Of a stretch of DNA of 64,000 bases, positions 43,730-57,771 are shown piece after piece. Location: assembly GCA_964016885.1 (NCBI GenBank), contig OZ024740.1:200880001-200944000 (forward strand), read 5' to 3'. Within the stretch, counting starts at the first letter, position 1. Each line of letters starts with the position of its first letter. A program made the translations under genes and the position numbers. Source of the DNA: Eledone cirrhosa (taxonomy: Eukaryota). Below the pieces are notes generated by a model. The model was given only the letters and a program-made list of their open reading frames with translations, searched no databases and was not told the origin of the DNA.

Positions 43730-44575
43730 ATGGCAGACACTCAGTTTACTCAAGAAATGAAAAGGCTTGCTGTAATTGTGGCGTTAAAGACTGACCATAG
43801 AGATTTAGAGACATATCGATGTTTAAAAGTTGCCAGATCTTTCGTCAACAAAGTTTGTAAAGAGTTAGAAACTGAAGATGGGAACGTATCAGCATTATCA
43901 GGATGTAAAAAGCATCCCTAACACTCGGACATCTTTAGAACACCAGAATTTATCCAGCAAGTTCAGCAGACCATTGATGACAATACCAGAAAATCCATGA
44001 GGTCACTTGGAAAATATTCCCATGTGTCAAAAGGAACAATCAGAAATGTTGGGCACGATGACAACAGCTATGAATCTTATGTGATGAGGAAAAGTTAATT
44101 TATGTCAGAAAAATAAAAATAAAATCACTTAATCAGATCTAAAAGGCTTTTAAATAAACTTAAAATTCCACCAGAAGATGATGTGATTTGGTTTTTCTCA
44201 GATGAGAAACATTTTGACAAGAAAAACTAACATCTGGCCTCCTTACTACCCAGATCTCAATTCATTGGACTACCAAGTATGGAGCGTTGTGGAGAGAGAG
44301 TTCAATGAACACCCCATAACACCAAAGGTGTCATATTCAGAGTAATGTCCAATATAAACCAGTATGAGTAATGTCCAATATAAACGAGCATGTAGGCGAT
44401 TTCAATCTCGCATAGAAGCAATTATTGAAGTTGAAGGTGGCTTTTTAAAATAAAATTGCGAAAAAGAACCTTTACTTTTATAATTATAGCACTTTTTCAA
44501 TAATTAAGTTATTATTTATTATTATATATCTGTTTTTCTATAAACATAAATCTGTCCTCAAATAACATACGCACG

Positions 44576-44580
<5 letters not shown>
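43730..44580 (+). mobile_element. Tc1/mariner-superfamily (maT/DD37D-like) transposon remnant
   Basis: HTH-like N-terminus, WFFSDEKHF and WPPYYPDLNSLDYQVW, with an internal deletion. Ends ...gcacgctg-TA. Confidence 0.8.
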
Positions 44581-44660
<80 letters not shown>

Positions 44661-44665
<5 letters not shown>

Positions 44666-45003
44666 ATACTTTGGGAGGGTCATGTTGCCAATAAGAAACA
44701 CACGCACCAGTTGCTTTCACTCCATTTTATTACAAATTAAATTTATAAATTTAAGAATTTATAAATTTCCGGTTGGTTGGTTGGTTCCATAACCGGATGG
44801 TTGTTCATATATTGTCAAAGTTCTTTCGACACACATTCTGTGACCTCTTCAGTGACTGGGGATTATTTTCTTTGTTTTGTGCCTCTCCTTTGGTCTGTTC
44901 TATAAATTCTTAAATTTATAAATTTAATTTATAATAAATTGAAGTGAAAGCACTGGTGCGTGTGTTTCTTATTGGCAACATGACCCTCCCAAAGTATAAC
45001 AAT
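44661..45003. mobile_element. Solo Penelope pLTR (H5 family) with a partial inverted duplicate
   Basis: 44661-44900 is homologous to 15339-15578. 44901-45003 is an inverted copy of 44661-44765. Confidence 0.8.
44814..44856 (-). ncRNA. Ultra-minimal hammerhead-like motif (H5)
   Basis: gtca-CTGAAGA-ggtcac..gtgtc-GAAAG-aa-CTT-tgac. Confidence 0.6.
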
Positions 45004-45059
45004 ATCGGTTTCAACACACGGTTTCAGATAAAGAATCTTGCTAAACAAATTCAGAAACG

Positions 45060-45117
<58 letters not shown>

Positions 45118-45553
45118 CAACGAAATTTAACTCACAAGGTATTAGTCAGAATGGGGCTGTGGTAGAAGATACTTGGTCAAGGTGCCACGCAGCGAAACTG
45201 AACCCATACCCACTTAGTTGATTATCGAACTCTTTAAACACACTCATAAGTGCACATAAAATGGAACGTCAATAATAAGGACCTCAGTATTTAACTGGTA
45301 TTTTATTTGATTGTCCTCGTAAATCTGAAAAGCAAAGTAGATCTCGGCAGGATTTGAAACTGTTACGAAATATTGCAATGTATTTCATCCAACGCTTTGT
45401 GATGAACCTGCCAATATACCTACGCAAAAATAGAAAAAAAATGATAAATCCCTTCTTGTTCTAGGTACTTCTTATCATTCTATTGAGTACATTATATATT
45501 AATCTTATTTTCTTTTCTATTACTGGTTTTAGTCAATAGACTGAAACACACAC

Positions 45554-45608
<55 letters not shown>

Positions 45609-45614
<6 letters not shown>

Positions 45615-45785
45615 GTTGGCAAGAATTAAATTTCGTTTTGTTTTAGTGTGAATAAAAGTCATTTGTTTTCATACAAAGAATGAACTTTAATCAATTATAT
45701 ATTTTCAATTTTATTCGATGACCTTTTGCTATTTTTCTGGCAACTTCATGATTCCACGCTCATAGAACTTCTGGTCGTTATCAGC
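45609..45785 (-). mobile_element. Mariner 3' end fragment
   Basis: TA-TTAGGTTGG TIR; minus strand reads DQKFYERGIMKLPEK*QKVIE. Confidence 0.75.
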
Positions 45786-46077
45786 CAGAAACACACCCCA
45801 CAACCCCCTGCTTCCTGTTTGCACCAAAGCAACTCTTTAACTGACCAATACAAATTCCACTACGCGCACACACACACACACACAAACACACGAATCCTTA
45901 ATTGCTCGCGTGCTCACGTACATACGCACATGAATACCGATTAATACACACACGCATTGCCGCCCCACAAATTACACCAAAATACACACACACGCCCACA
46001 CACAAAAAAAGGGCCAATGTCAATATATATATACATTCTCGGTCCACATACCACAACAAAAATATTTCTTTTGTCGC

Positions 46078-46176
46078 ATCACCAGTCTGAGGAGCAGATC
46101 GATATTGGATTCGTGTCCATAACTCCTTTGGGTCACCTTGAGCCAATCCTCTGCGAAACGCGCGTAACAGGTTGAT
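46078..46176 (+). ncRNA. Type I hammerhead ribozyme motif (H6) in a PLE-like 3' fragment ~45790-46226
   Basis: ccagt-CTGAGGA-gcaga..tctgc-GAAAC-gcgc-GTA-acagg, with a palindromic stem III loop and aataaa downstream. Confidence 0.85.
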
Positions 46177-46990
46177 ACGCAATAAACATTTTTTATATGT
46201 AAACGAAACTTCCTCGTTTTTTCTATTGACAAGGTCTGAAATGTTCTTCTTGTTGCAGCGTAGGAAGTGAGAGTTATACCTTGATTGTCCTCAAATATAT
46301 AGTCCCCAGGGGGACGCAACTCCATTTAGTACATGGATCTGCCACTGGGTGTCGCGACTGTCACAAAGGGACGCAACTCCTATACGTGCTGAGTTACAGC
46401 CGTAAAGGGCCACTACAGTACCCTCCTCCAGACGCTAGGCGAAAAGCCCGAAGGTAACTGAAGCGAACCCACAAGCATGGGCTCCCTCACAGGCATGAAA
46501 GGGTAACGAAAAGGTATATGTATAAATCAGGCATGAAATGGTAACGAAAAGGTGCATGGTAATACAATAAAGAGAAAAACATGAAAACATGAAAACAGTT
46601 TGGCAGAGTTTTTTGGGCCAGTGGACTCTTCGACCGAACGGTTCGTGATCTTGTATGTAGGTGAAGGTGGGGCAGAAGGAGCAGGTGTATGCACAAGAGA
46701 GAAAGATTGGGGTATTTGTGGCTCAGGTGTATGAGCGTCATTGTATTCCCTTTTTACTCTATCCACCGAAATTGTCTCTCTGGACCCCTTAATGTCTACA
46801 GTGCTAACACACGGTAGTGTCCAGAGTACGGTTGTGTGAGGGGTGGAGTAACCGCATCGTTTCTGACGAATACATGTGTCCACGAGGCAATATCCCTCGG
46901 AACTGCAGCTTTAATAGTTTGTTTCCTAGTATTCATGGGCGATAAGTCCTGAAAATAGGAGCGCAAACGAGATACGTAGGAAACAGGGTC

Positions 46991-47350
46991 TTAGAAAGCA
47001 AGATCAACAGGGGCAGGCATTTTCCCAGGCAACGCTAGAGGAGCACCATACAGTAATTCGGCCGGGGAGAACCCAAGGTCCTCCTTTATTGATGACCGAA
47101 TTCCTAACAACACAATAGGAAGGTACTCGCTCCAACGTTGAGATTCTGGATAGGCGCAAAGAGCGGCCTTTAATTGGCGGTGGAATCGTTCCACCATTCC
47201 GTTTGAAGCAGGATGATAGGCTGTGGTCCGAATCCGTTGAGCGCCAATGATCTTTGTGAGCTCAGAGAAAAGATGAGACTCAAATTGTCTACCACGGTCT
47301 GTGGTGACTGTAGTTGGTACCCCAAAGCGGATAATCCACCCTGATACCAC
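46991..47350 (-). pseudogene. pol: Gypsy integrase fragment
   Basis: [27 protein letters not shown]. Confidence 0.9.
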
Positions 47351-47419
47351 GGTCGGTTAAAACAGTAAAATTTCTCCCCTCAAGAATATGACAGAAATGT
47401 TTCACCGATAGATATATGG

Positions 47420-48553
47420 CTAATAATTCCCACCCAAACGTATGTAACGCGTTTCTGCTGGTTTCAGCTTCCTTGAGAAAAATGCCAAAGGTTGTTGGTT
47501 TCCAGCGTAGGACTGCTGTAAAACTGCTCCCACAGCTGTATCAGATGCATCAACACAAAGCGAAAGGTTGGCCTCTGGTACCGCGTGGGCTAGCAAAGAT
47601 GAACTAGCGAGTGCTGTCTTGGCAGTCTGGAAGTATTTAAGCTGTCCTTGTGTCAAGGAAATATCCTCATTCTTCTTACGACGATTTTTCAAAATGTCAG
47701 TAAGAGAAGATAGCAAATTAGCACAATGAGGAACGAAACGCCTATAGAAATTTATTAGGCCTAAGAAGTGACGCAACTGGTGAAGTGTAGTAGGCGGAGG
47801 TAAATCCTGTATTGCTTGAACTCGCTGAGGGAGCGGGCTAATACCTTCCGCGTCGATGAGGTGACCTAAAAAATTTAGCAAAGTGGAACCGAAAACACAC
47901 TTTGCGGGATTCACACGAACGCGGTAATCCTGAAGTCGCCGAAATAAGATGTGCATGTGGCGCATATGCTCTTCCGGAGAGGAACTAGCGACGAGAAGAT
48001 CGTCTATGTATGCATAAACGAAGTCCAGACCACGAGTGACTTCGTCTATGAACCGCTGAAAAGTGCTAGCGGCGTTCCTGAGTCCGAAAGGCATGGTAAC
48101 AAATTCGAAGGATCCGAAAGGAGTTGTGATTGCCGTTTTCGGAATATCCTCTTTCCTGACCGGAATTTGGTTGTAAGCTCGCACTAAATCTAGTTTTGAG
48201 AAAATCTTACACCCCTGCAATGACGATGCGAAATCCTGGAGATGGGGAATGGGATACCTATCCGGGACGGTCATAGCATTTAACCTCCTGTAATCCCCAG
48301 TGGGTCTCCAGTCGCCGGAAGTCTTGGGCACCATGTGTAACGGTGAAGCCCAAGGACTCGTAGATGAGCGAATAATGCCCAGCTGCAGCATATGGTCGAA
48401 CTCGGACCGTGCTGCCTTTAATTTGTCCGCCGGTAAACGGCGTAGACGCGAAAACACTGGAGCCGCGGTGGTGGAAATGAAATGTTCAGTTGAGTGTGTT
48501 GGCTCAGTGACTCGAAAATTTCCATCGGTGAGCTCCGGGAAAGAACCTAACAA
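47420..48553 (-). pseudogene. pol: Gypsy pol RT/RNase H fragment
   Basis: [33 protein letters not shown]. Confidence 0.92.
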
Positions 48554-49796
48554 CGATGGTAGGCGTCTCCAGTGGCAGCGATGAAGAATATGGGGCTGAC
48601 TGTTGGAGTATTGGCTTTCCGGCCACGAATTGAAAAACCGGTGATGTCATCCACCAAGCGTTGGCCATGGACGTCCACAGTCAAAGAGAAGTTGTGGAGG
48701 AAATCCGCTCCTAAGATAGGGTATGGCAAATCGGCAACCGTAAAAATCCACTTAAAATCCCACGAAGATTTAGGAATTTGAGAGGAAGCGAGATTTGTAC
48801 GTCTTTATAGACGAGTGATTAACGGCCTGCAGAGTAACGGATGACTCAATGGGGGTATCTTTCCGGCAATGGACTGGCCAAATACTACAGGAGGCTCCTG
48901 TATCCACGAAGAAATCTTTTCCCGACCTAAGGTCCTTAATGAAGAAATGGCGGTTTGGTGGCTTTATGTTGAGGTCAACTGCCTCCATCAGCGGACCTCT
49001 TTGGCGTTTCCCGCCTTATGAAACGAGCAAGATTGCACGCAGTGGTTCGCGCTCTCGGCAAATCGCTCATGGTACCAGCATAAAGATTTAGCTGGTGATT
49101 TGGGGCGGCGTCTAAAAGAGTGAGTTCTCCTGCGCGAGCGCGAACGGGCACCACACCAGACCTTCATCTTCTGGAGCTCCAGGGTGAGTTCCTGAATGGA
49201 CTTCTGCATCGCCATAATGGCTGAGTGAGATGCCATTGTTATACCGTAGGTAATCTGCAAAAAATCGTCTCCGTTTGAAAATATGTCTCCAACACAAGGC
49301 AAAAGGAAAACAAAATCGCTTACTTTTCTCTGTCAAACAACTGGACAAGAAAAAGAATGCATCCGAGACAACATGAAAAGGAGCGACTAACCGAGCGATG
49401 TCATTAACAGGGAATTTAAAACTAAAACCAATATGGCGGACGATTTCGCGCCAAAAACACTATTGACGGAGAAGAAAGCCGCCATCTTGTCATCCTCAAA
49501 AATTTTAGCCAGGGAAAAGAAGAAAAGAAGAAAAAACATTTATACAATTGTTGTTTCGCTAGGAAACTAGCGGCAATATTATGTTATCGTTTTTTTGTGT
49601 TTGTGTGTAAATAAATGGAATGTTCGTTTTGCACATATGAGGAGTTTGATTGTTAAACGTTACAGATGAAGATGCTGAAATCAGTAAAATACATCCAGAT
49701 CGGAATGAGCGTGTTGTTCTGTATTAAAGGTTTTTTTCTTTCTCTTTTTTTTTATATACACATGGTACCGTTTCCCATTCTTTTCTTTTTTTTAAA

Positions 49797-49810
49797 ACGT
49801 CAGGTCACCA
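49797..49810 (-). promoter_or_regulatory. Primer-binding site, tRNA-Trp-like
   Basis: TGGTGACCTGACGT next to the 5' LTR, compared with the canonical TGGTGACCCCGACGT. Confidence 0.7.
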
Positions 49811-52514
49811 ATTTAGAATGTTAGTATCAGTGTATATATATTATCAAGAATGACAATAAATGCAGGTGAGTGTTGTGACATGGTTTTACTTCACAGAAGT
49901 CAAATAAATTAATATAGATAATTGTTACCACAAGTTGATGGTCAGTTGATCACAACTCCCAGACTGGAGTGTGTAGAGAAGAACAGAAATCTTCTCTTGG
50001 TAAGGTTCAAGTGTTTCTTTAGGCTGCCGGCGCAGGAAGTGAGACAGGAGTCATCTCTTGACAAGGTCTGAAGTGTTCTTCTTGTTGCGGCGTAGGAAGT
50101 GAGAGTTATGCCTTGATTGTCCTCAAATATATAGTCCCCAGGGGGACGCAACTCCATTTAGTACATGGATCTGCCACTGGGAGTCGCGACCGTCACAAAG
50201 GGACGCAACTCCTAAGCGTATCTGCCACTGGGAGTCGTGACCGTCGCAAAGGGACGCAACTCCTATACGTGCTGAGTTACAGCCGTAAGGGGCCGTTACA
50301 TATTTAATTAACTTTCTAATTGCATAAATAACAGCTGCACAATAAGATTCATAGAACATTTACTGAAACATCATATGAGATTTACATTGTAAAAGTTTTA
50401 GGAATTGTAACTTTCTAATATATTAAAATTATGCATTATATGGAAAATTATATATCTGAAACACTACGAGAAACAAGACAAAATGTCACTTGATCAGTGA
50501 CATATCACTCAGCACCTTGAACAGCAGCACACGTGGTCAACAGGTGCCCCAATCAATGGACAGTTTGCTTTGGTCTCTTTGTAAGTTTCGATATGTATAT
50601 ACTAGATGAATGTGGCCAGATCACAGTCATGTACCATATTCGGTACCTATTTCGACCACTTCTTGTCTGCTTTCCCCTTCAAGTGTTAGAATATTGCCCA
50701 GTGGCTACAACTGCCTAATTTATTGTGTCCGTATGTATTCTACTGCTTGAATAATGTACATTTGGTGTTAGGGTCATTTTTCACCGTTTTTATTTTTGCA
50801 ATTGCTTGTGCAGCTAGAATCAGTGGCGTAGCATGAGCTTTCGTCGCCCGGAAGCAAAACACTTTTCGTGCCGCCGCTGTAATAAACGGTCACAATAGGC
50901 CAGGGAAAATGCTGTGTTCTTCATACCTGCGCCAGAGGGCGATTGCTATCACCACCACCCTCTCAATTTCGTGAATGGCTCTAGGTAACATATCTACATG
51001 TCTAGTCCATGACAAAGCACCAAAATATAAGGACCCTCCCTTTTTTCCATAATTCCTTTAAGAGGTATTCAAAGCAATTGAAAACATGAAGATTTAACAA
51101 TCATATAAACTTTTACCGATAAGTTGACCTAAAATATATAACTTATGTATAATACGATTTCGAACCATTACCCTCGTGTTTATTAGAATATCTCTTTCAT
51201 AGTAACTTCATAAAGTATCATAGTAAATGTGCTATCAGTGACACAGTAATAAATAACGAACATAAGAGACAAAAAATAGATGCATTTGAAACAGAAAGAA
51301 AACAAAGTAATATAATTCATGTCAAAATGTTGTGAAAGACATTTATATTCGCTAGCAATAATATCGTTTTATATTGTAAAACTGATGTATTTGGCCAAGG
51401 CCTCAGAATACTAAAATAAATCACACTGACATCAAACAACAAGATATTAACTTGAATTTTAATACATTTACCGCGTTCTCTTTGCTGTCTGTTTTCTTCC
51501 ACCAGCCTTTAAAACATAAATATGTCGGAGAGCCGTGTTTCAGAAATTGCAGAATAGCGTTTTCACTTGTTGAATTGTTTCATAGCAGTCGTTCATCAAA
51601 CGTTATATTTATTAATTCTCAGTAGTGTGACTCAGTTCCTGGATATGGGCAATGACGTATTAAGACTTACAAGAATAAACTGTTAATTTACAAAAGGTCA
51701 TACAAAATATAACGATAAAACCAACAACAAATACAAGTGAATATATAATATCAGAAATGTATACGACGAAGGCATTCTATTAATCATTTTAAATCAAATT
51801 TTCTGATCTCATTTTCCCCGTCATTGAAACTCTTCTTACCGAAGATATTCATACGAAATATACCCTTTTAGATTCTATAACATTATTGATAGAATAGAAT
51901 TCAATTGAATAGAATGAATGGAATAGAAATCTCTTATTGTCATTTTCAAGAGCGTAGTATATACACATTGGGATTTGGAGGGATAATGCTAAAACGGTAA
52001 CTAATGTATATATCAAACACAACAGAGGCTATCTACACGGTAAAATAACAGAATAGTACCTGATGATAAATAATGCGATATTCAACTTCTGTAAATGTCA
52101 ATTTAGGGACTTTCTTAGAAGATATACAACCGATACTTGAATGGATTTTCGAGGCAGTTGCACATGATTTATAAAATGCAACACTACTGGGGAGAATGTT
52201 TGATGCGTCAATAATTCTTATATCTCGAATAAAATACACGCAACAAATAAAACAATTTTCCTTGGCTACATACGTATTGATTATTTAAATATAAACGCAA
52301 GGCCTAAAATTTGTTGGAGGGATCTAGTCAATTACATTGCCTTCACTACTTAACTGGTATTCTACCTTATCGGTTGCGAGGAATAAATGGATAAAACTTG
52401 ACCTCGGAAGGTTGTGAACACAGAACGTTAGAAATAAAACTAAATATTGGACGGCATTTTGCACGACACTCTAACGAGTTTTCCACTCCACCACAATTAT
52501 GTACATGCTACTAT

Positions 52515-52730
52515 TTGCTTCTACTTTAGACACAAGAGCAGCAATTTGAGGGGGAGGGGAACGTTGATTAAATCGACGTAAGTGCATTACTGGTACTTTA
52601 TTTTATCGACCCCGTAAGGATGAAAGACAAAGTTAATCTCGGCGGGATTTGAACTCAAAATGTAAAGGGACGTAATTATTGGCCGTAAAGCATGTTGTCC
52701 GAAGCTTTACTGGTACTACCAATCCACCCC
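52515..52730 (-). mobile_element. tRNA-derived SINE
   Basis: tttatcgaccccgtaaggatgaaag..ggcgggatttgaactc. Confidence 0.8.
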
Positions 52731-53118
52731 GCCCTTGTAATGCTAATATTAAGGTAAGTTCTGTCGAGTAGAATGCAAGATTCCAAAGGAGCTTTCATTC
52801 TATTATCAGTCAATATTTCAAAGGTATTGTTTCTTTATTGTTCCTTTTGCTCCCTAGGAATAACGGTTCGACTTTAAAATCAATTTTAAAATCAATTTGT
52901 ATAAGCAAGGTTGTTAGCTTCATCCCACTTCCCATCTCAATGCAAGCTGAACTCTAACCTAGCGTTTCGAAGTCAAGAGGAGTGAATATGATTTAAAAGT
53001 ACGTAACATATATTCGCTAAGCTTTTTAGATGTATTTGCCGTGATGACCAGACACAGATGCACTCACTTTCACATTCTTTCCTGTCTTGATCCAGTGAAA
53101 TATTCTGAATACGACACC

Positions 53119-53199
<81 letters not shown>

Positions 53200-53833
53200 G
53201 CAACAGCACTCGGTTGACACTTTATTTAACGGCATTGAAAGGATGAAAGACAAAGTGAACACCAGTAGGATTATAACTCGGCAAACAGAAGTTCGTAAAA
53301 GATGCCCAACGCTCAAATTAATTCTGCCAGTGACGATATATTTTAATAACTATCACTTGCTATATAGTGATATTACTACAATACTATTGGCACAGTCATG
53401 GCTAAGTGGTTATGAAGTTTAATTCATGATATCTTGGCTAAGTGACTTTACCATAACCTCGGTTTGTTCCAAGCCTTGTGAGTGAAATATGATAGATGGA
53501 ATCGCATTGATTCTACTTGTAATTCCAAGTCCTATCCTTGTCATGTGTTGTGTCACGCTGATTTGACTTGAGCACACGCGTTTGTGAAATACTCAACCCC
53601 TCTCACATCGCTGGACGTTCAATTGATCAAACAACTGAATGCTCATAGTTGAGACCGACGGATTTCCATTCTCACGCTATAATGTTTCTTTTGTCAGAAA
53701 CCTCAAACACCAAGAAGCATTGGTAATCGGGTGAGCTGCAGAAGTTCGTTTATTTAATTAGATAATTGTATTACTAATGACTATTTCATATCACCTTCAT
53801 TATTTTTTTTGTGTACAACTTTGTCTTTTTGCA

Positions 53834-53946
<113 letters not shown>

Positions 53947-54269
53947 GTCTCTCCACTCACATATAGGGATCTGTCTATTGAATACAACTTCAAAAAAGAA
54001 CAGCTACGTATATGATGACGTCACCAGATTAAATCACGTTTTCACCACTGGCGAATATATTATATATATATATATAATTAGTTGTTATATAGTAAGGTGT
54101 ATTATTAGTTGTGTCAAACGGTCCAATAAATGTTTGTTAGCAATATTAAGTTCTCCACGCTTTTGTATATCTCCAATTCCGTTTATGGGAACAGCTAGAT
54201 GATGTAAAACGGAGTATTTGTATCAAAATAAAAATCCGAAGGCATGGTATAAATTTCCAATCATTTTAA

Positions 54270-54343
54270 TCACGACACATGTTTCAATAAGAGATAGATC
54301 GATCGTGTAGCCATGATCGATTATCATTGATCTCGTCAGGTGA
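54270..54343 (-). ncRNA. Type I hammerhead motif (H7)
   Basis: tcac-CTGACGA-gatcaatga..ttatt-GAAAC-atgt-GTC-gtga. Confidence 0.75.
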
Positions 54344-54419
54344 AAATGAATTGTCTTCAAATCCTTGATATGAGGGAGAAAATTAACGATGTTCACTTAC
54401 AGAGTTTAGTCCCTTATTT

Positions 54420-54493
54420 TCACCTGACGTGATCAGTGATAATCGATCATGGCTACACGATCGATCTATCTCTTATTGAAACATGTGCCGTGA
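54420..54493 (+). ncRNA. Mutated hammerhead motif (H7)
   Basis: tcac-CTGACGT..GAAAC-atgt-GCC-gtga, with two core substitutions. Confidence 0.55.
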
Positions 54494-56179
54494 TTAAAAT
54501 GATTGGAAATTTATATCATCCCTTCGGATCTTTTGATATATATATAATTAAATATTAATTAGTCTCTAATACTTAAACAACACAATGAATGGATAAAATA
54601 TCAAACAGAGAAGCAATGCTGTACAAAACACGTTGTGTAATCACATGAATAAATGTCTCCTAACATTAGGAGTTCGTGACAGGCTTATAATACCGCTAGA
54701 AATAGCAGCCATGCTGGATCGGCAACTGGTATGTAGATTTACATGATAAATATGGTCTCTTTAAATTGCAGAATACTTCTCTCACGAATTTGTGAATTCT
54801 TCAAATATTGGTCTTTCCCAATAGTTGCTTCTTCCACGAATGAAACCATGGTAGGGAGATCGATAAGATACGCTTAATGGTATGGAGATCGATACATAAG
54901 ATACGCTTAAATTTACATAGACCACCCCAATAATGTTATTAGGTTAGGTTAATATTGAACATGGTACAATTATTAAATAAAAATAGTGTATCATTACAAA
55001 TATACAGCACAAAGCATTATGCTATAAATTGTTCATTCCAAATTAATACTTTGTTTGATTACCTTTAGCAGCAATTATTGCAGGGCGTTGATTCCACCAA
55101 GGAGGCACAATATTCAGGAGTAATGTGTTGTGTCCATACAGTAATAATCTTTTGTTGTAATTGAACTGATTTAACTAGGCAACTTTGTCTTCCATCAATT
55201 TCTAACAGTTTTCAATTGGGTTTAAATCATGACTTGAATCTAGCCAAGGCGAGATGACTTCAGTATCAGATTATCGAAACAATAGGTTTACGTTTGTTTT
55301 CTTTATGGCAAGAAGCTCCATCTTGTTGATATATCTTGCAGCCATGCCTCTCCATCCATATGATTTCCAAATGTATGTTTGCACCTATAGTCTTTGCTGT
55401 TGGATTTATGGTCTATGCAGCTCGTCTCTTTATGCTCATTGATCCCCAGATCATCAATGAATGAGAAGGTTTAACTGTTGGTTTTACATAACAAGAATTA
55501 TAACGCCGTTTACGTGGTCTTCGTACATGGTGACTATAAGGGCAAATTGTCTAGTTAATGTTTCATCACTAAACATTACCTCACCCCATTGAGCAGCAGT
55601 CCAGTGACGATAAGTTTTGTAGAAAATAGACGGTTCTCGATGTTTTTATTTGAAACTTGAAGCTTGGCAGCTGGATCAAAAGCCCGAGGGTTAAAGTCCT
55701 CAATACAGCGTTACGTTTGTGTCCTGAAGAATTTGGGTTTGGATATGAGCTAGAAGAAGTTGGATTTGACACTGCAAGTCGGTGTATCATGAGATCTGTT
55801 TGAACACTTATCTTGCGTCGTCTTCTATGTCGCTTGTTTGGGTTCAGAGTGCGAGCAAGGATATTTTGAACAACAGCTTAAATACAGCCAATCCTACAGA
55901 TATTTAAAGGCGCTAGGAATAACCTTCCTCATGAAGAAGGATATTTGCACATTTTTCGCTTGAAATGGGAGATTTGTTAGTACTAAAAATGTATTAAAAT
56001 GCTGACTCGGTGTGCTATATAAATGGAAATACGATGAATAATGTAATTGGTCGATATATGTATAATGATTGAAAAATAAATTGCGATAATATTTGCGCAC
56101 TTGAGTGTGTGATACTAAAGTTACTAATATCACAGCTAAAATGTAGATGATATCTAAATTATGCACAACACAGGGTATA

Positions 56180-57190
56180 TCTTCTTCTTCTTCTTCTTCT
56201 TCTTCTTCTTCTTCTTCTTCTTCTTCTTCTTCTTCTTCTTCTTCTTCTTCTTCTTCTTCTTTGCCCACTTATTCCTGAGGGGGTTGTGAGGGCTGAGTTC
56301 TCAAACAGTCCCTCCAGCGGGTTTTGTAAGGGGCAATTGTCTCCAACTGATCCAGCTAGATCTCCTAGTGAACCTGCCGAGCTCGTGGATGTTATCCAAC
56401 TATCTTTCTCACGGTCTACCCCTGGGTCTCCTGCCATTTGGTTTTGCTCGAAAAATCTGTCCATTCATTCTTTCCTGAGAGATTCTAACCATTTGTTTTC
56501 AACAAAGTTCCCTCGGTCTGACTGCACATGCGGGAGTGGAAATATTCACAAGCCCCCGGCTGTCTGAATGTGCAATGGAATGGATCCCATTAGGAGGAAT
56601 GATTTGCTTCCTGAAACTTAGGCTAAAAGATATGTCTCTGTGGGTGGTGCAATTTTATGCACCAAACAAAGATTCTGAATATAGATCCTTCTTTGATGAA
56701 GTCGCTGCCGCATTAGATGTAGTTACAACTGAGTCATATATCCTGATGGGAGACTTCAATCCACATATTGGCAGTGGCCACCTCACAAGGAAAGGAGTGA
56801 TTGAAAGGAACGGTGACCACGATCTAAATATGAATGGAACGGCCTTATTAAACATCTGTTCTAGCAATGGAATCTCTATTATGAACACCTTCTTCCAGCA
56901 TCGAGACATCCCTAACTATACATGGTATAAGGGGAATCAGGAACAAAGATCAATAATTGATTTTGTTTTTGTCTCTGATCACTTCGACTCTGTGATGGAT
57001 GCTCGTGCTAAAACACGGACTGAGCTGTCAACTGATCACCATCTAGTTATTTGCAGCTTAAGACTACTAACTAAATCTAGAGAAGTTCACAGGCTCAGGG
57101 TGACCTACAGGATAAAGTGGGAAGCGTTGGTGGATAAGGAAGTCAGGACCAGGTATACAGATACTATTGCATCCAAATTCAGAGAACTCA
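56180..57190. mobile_element. RTE LINE relic: minus-strand 3' end with (GAA)n tail joined to a plus-strand APE fragment
   Basis: Minus strand reads KPNGRRPRGRP then (GAA)n. Plus ORF from 56536 has YAP, MGDFN, NTFF, IIDFV and STDHH. Confidence 0.8.
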
Positions 57191-57201
57191 CACACACACA
57201 C

Positions 57202-57334
<133 letters not shown>

Positions 57335-57455
57335 AGCCACCAGTTCTTTGATAAGACAACATGCCCATACTTTGGGTCTGGGCATATCAAAAGATCGAAA
57401 TATCAAGGTAAACTCTATTCCATTATGTTTTGCTGTTTTTTCTGTTCAGGTTCTA

Positions 57456-57516
57456 GCTGTCTGATGAGGTTATAGCTGTAGAATAATGGTTATCACCGAA
57501 ATACATATATAACAGC
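57456..57516 (+). ncRNA. Type I hammerhead motif (H8)
   Basis: gctgt-CTGATGA-ggttatagc..gttatcacc-GAAAT-acatat-ATA-acagc, followed by aataaa. Confidence 0.75.
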
Positions 57517-57724
57517 GAATATGAATAAACGAAGTTAATTTTAACCTGTTGACTTACACTTCTTGTTTTTAAATTAATCCGGAGTCAACAGAACCCCCTG
57601 CGCACTTCGTTGAGTGTTCCACACTGCTTACTGAAGTGGCAGTAACTAACCAACGCATACTCAAATTTATATATATATAGAGAGAGAATTCACAAGAATC
57701 AAAGCTATGTTCAAAGCATTTATT

Positions 57725-57771
57725 CACTTACAATTGTTTCATCCAAACCTAGGCTTGGGGTCTTCGGAGCA
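57725..57771 (-). ncRNA. Minimal hammerhead motif, CCGANGA variant (H4)
   Basis: Mirror of 59909-59955. Confidence 0.7.

Larger units (their letters stand above)
46227..50300 (-). mobile_element. Ty3/Gypsy LTR retrotransposon, internally deleted
   Basis: 5' LTR ~49813-50300 (starts TGTAACGG on the minus strand), PBS, gag CWYH..F...A..C, protease DTGA, RT, RNase H start, integrase fragment, PPT 46421-46429, and a 3' LTR 46227-46417 that is truncated. Confidence 0.93.
54234..54529. repeat. ~115-bp inverted repeat with a ~68-bp spacer and an HHR in each arm
   Basis: 54234-54347 mirrors 54416-54529. Confidence 0.92.

Noticed and set aside
50821-50985. hAT-like MITE starting CAGTGGCGTAGC
   Set aside because: The matching right TIR and an 8-bp TSD are not identifiable.
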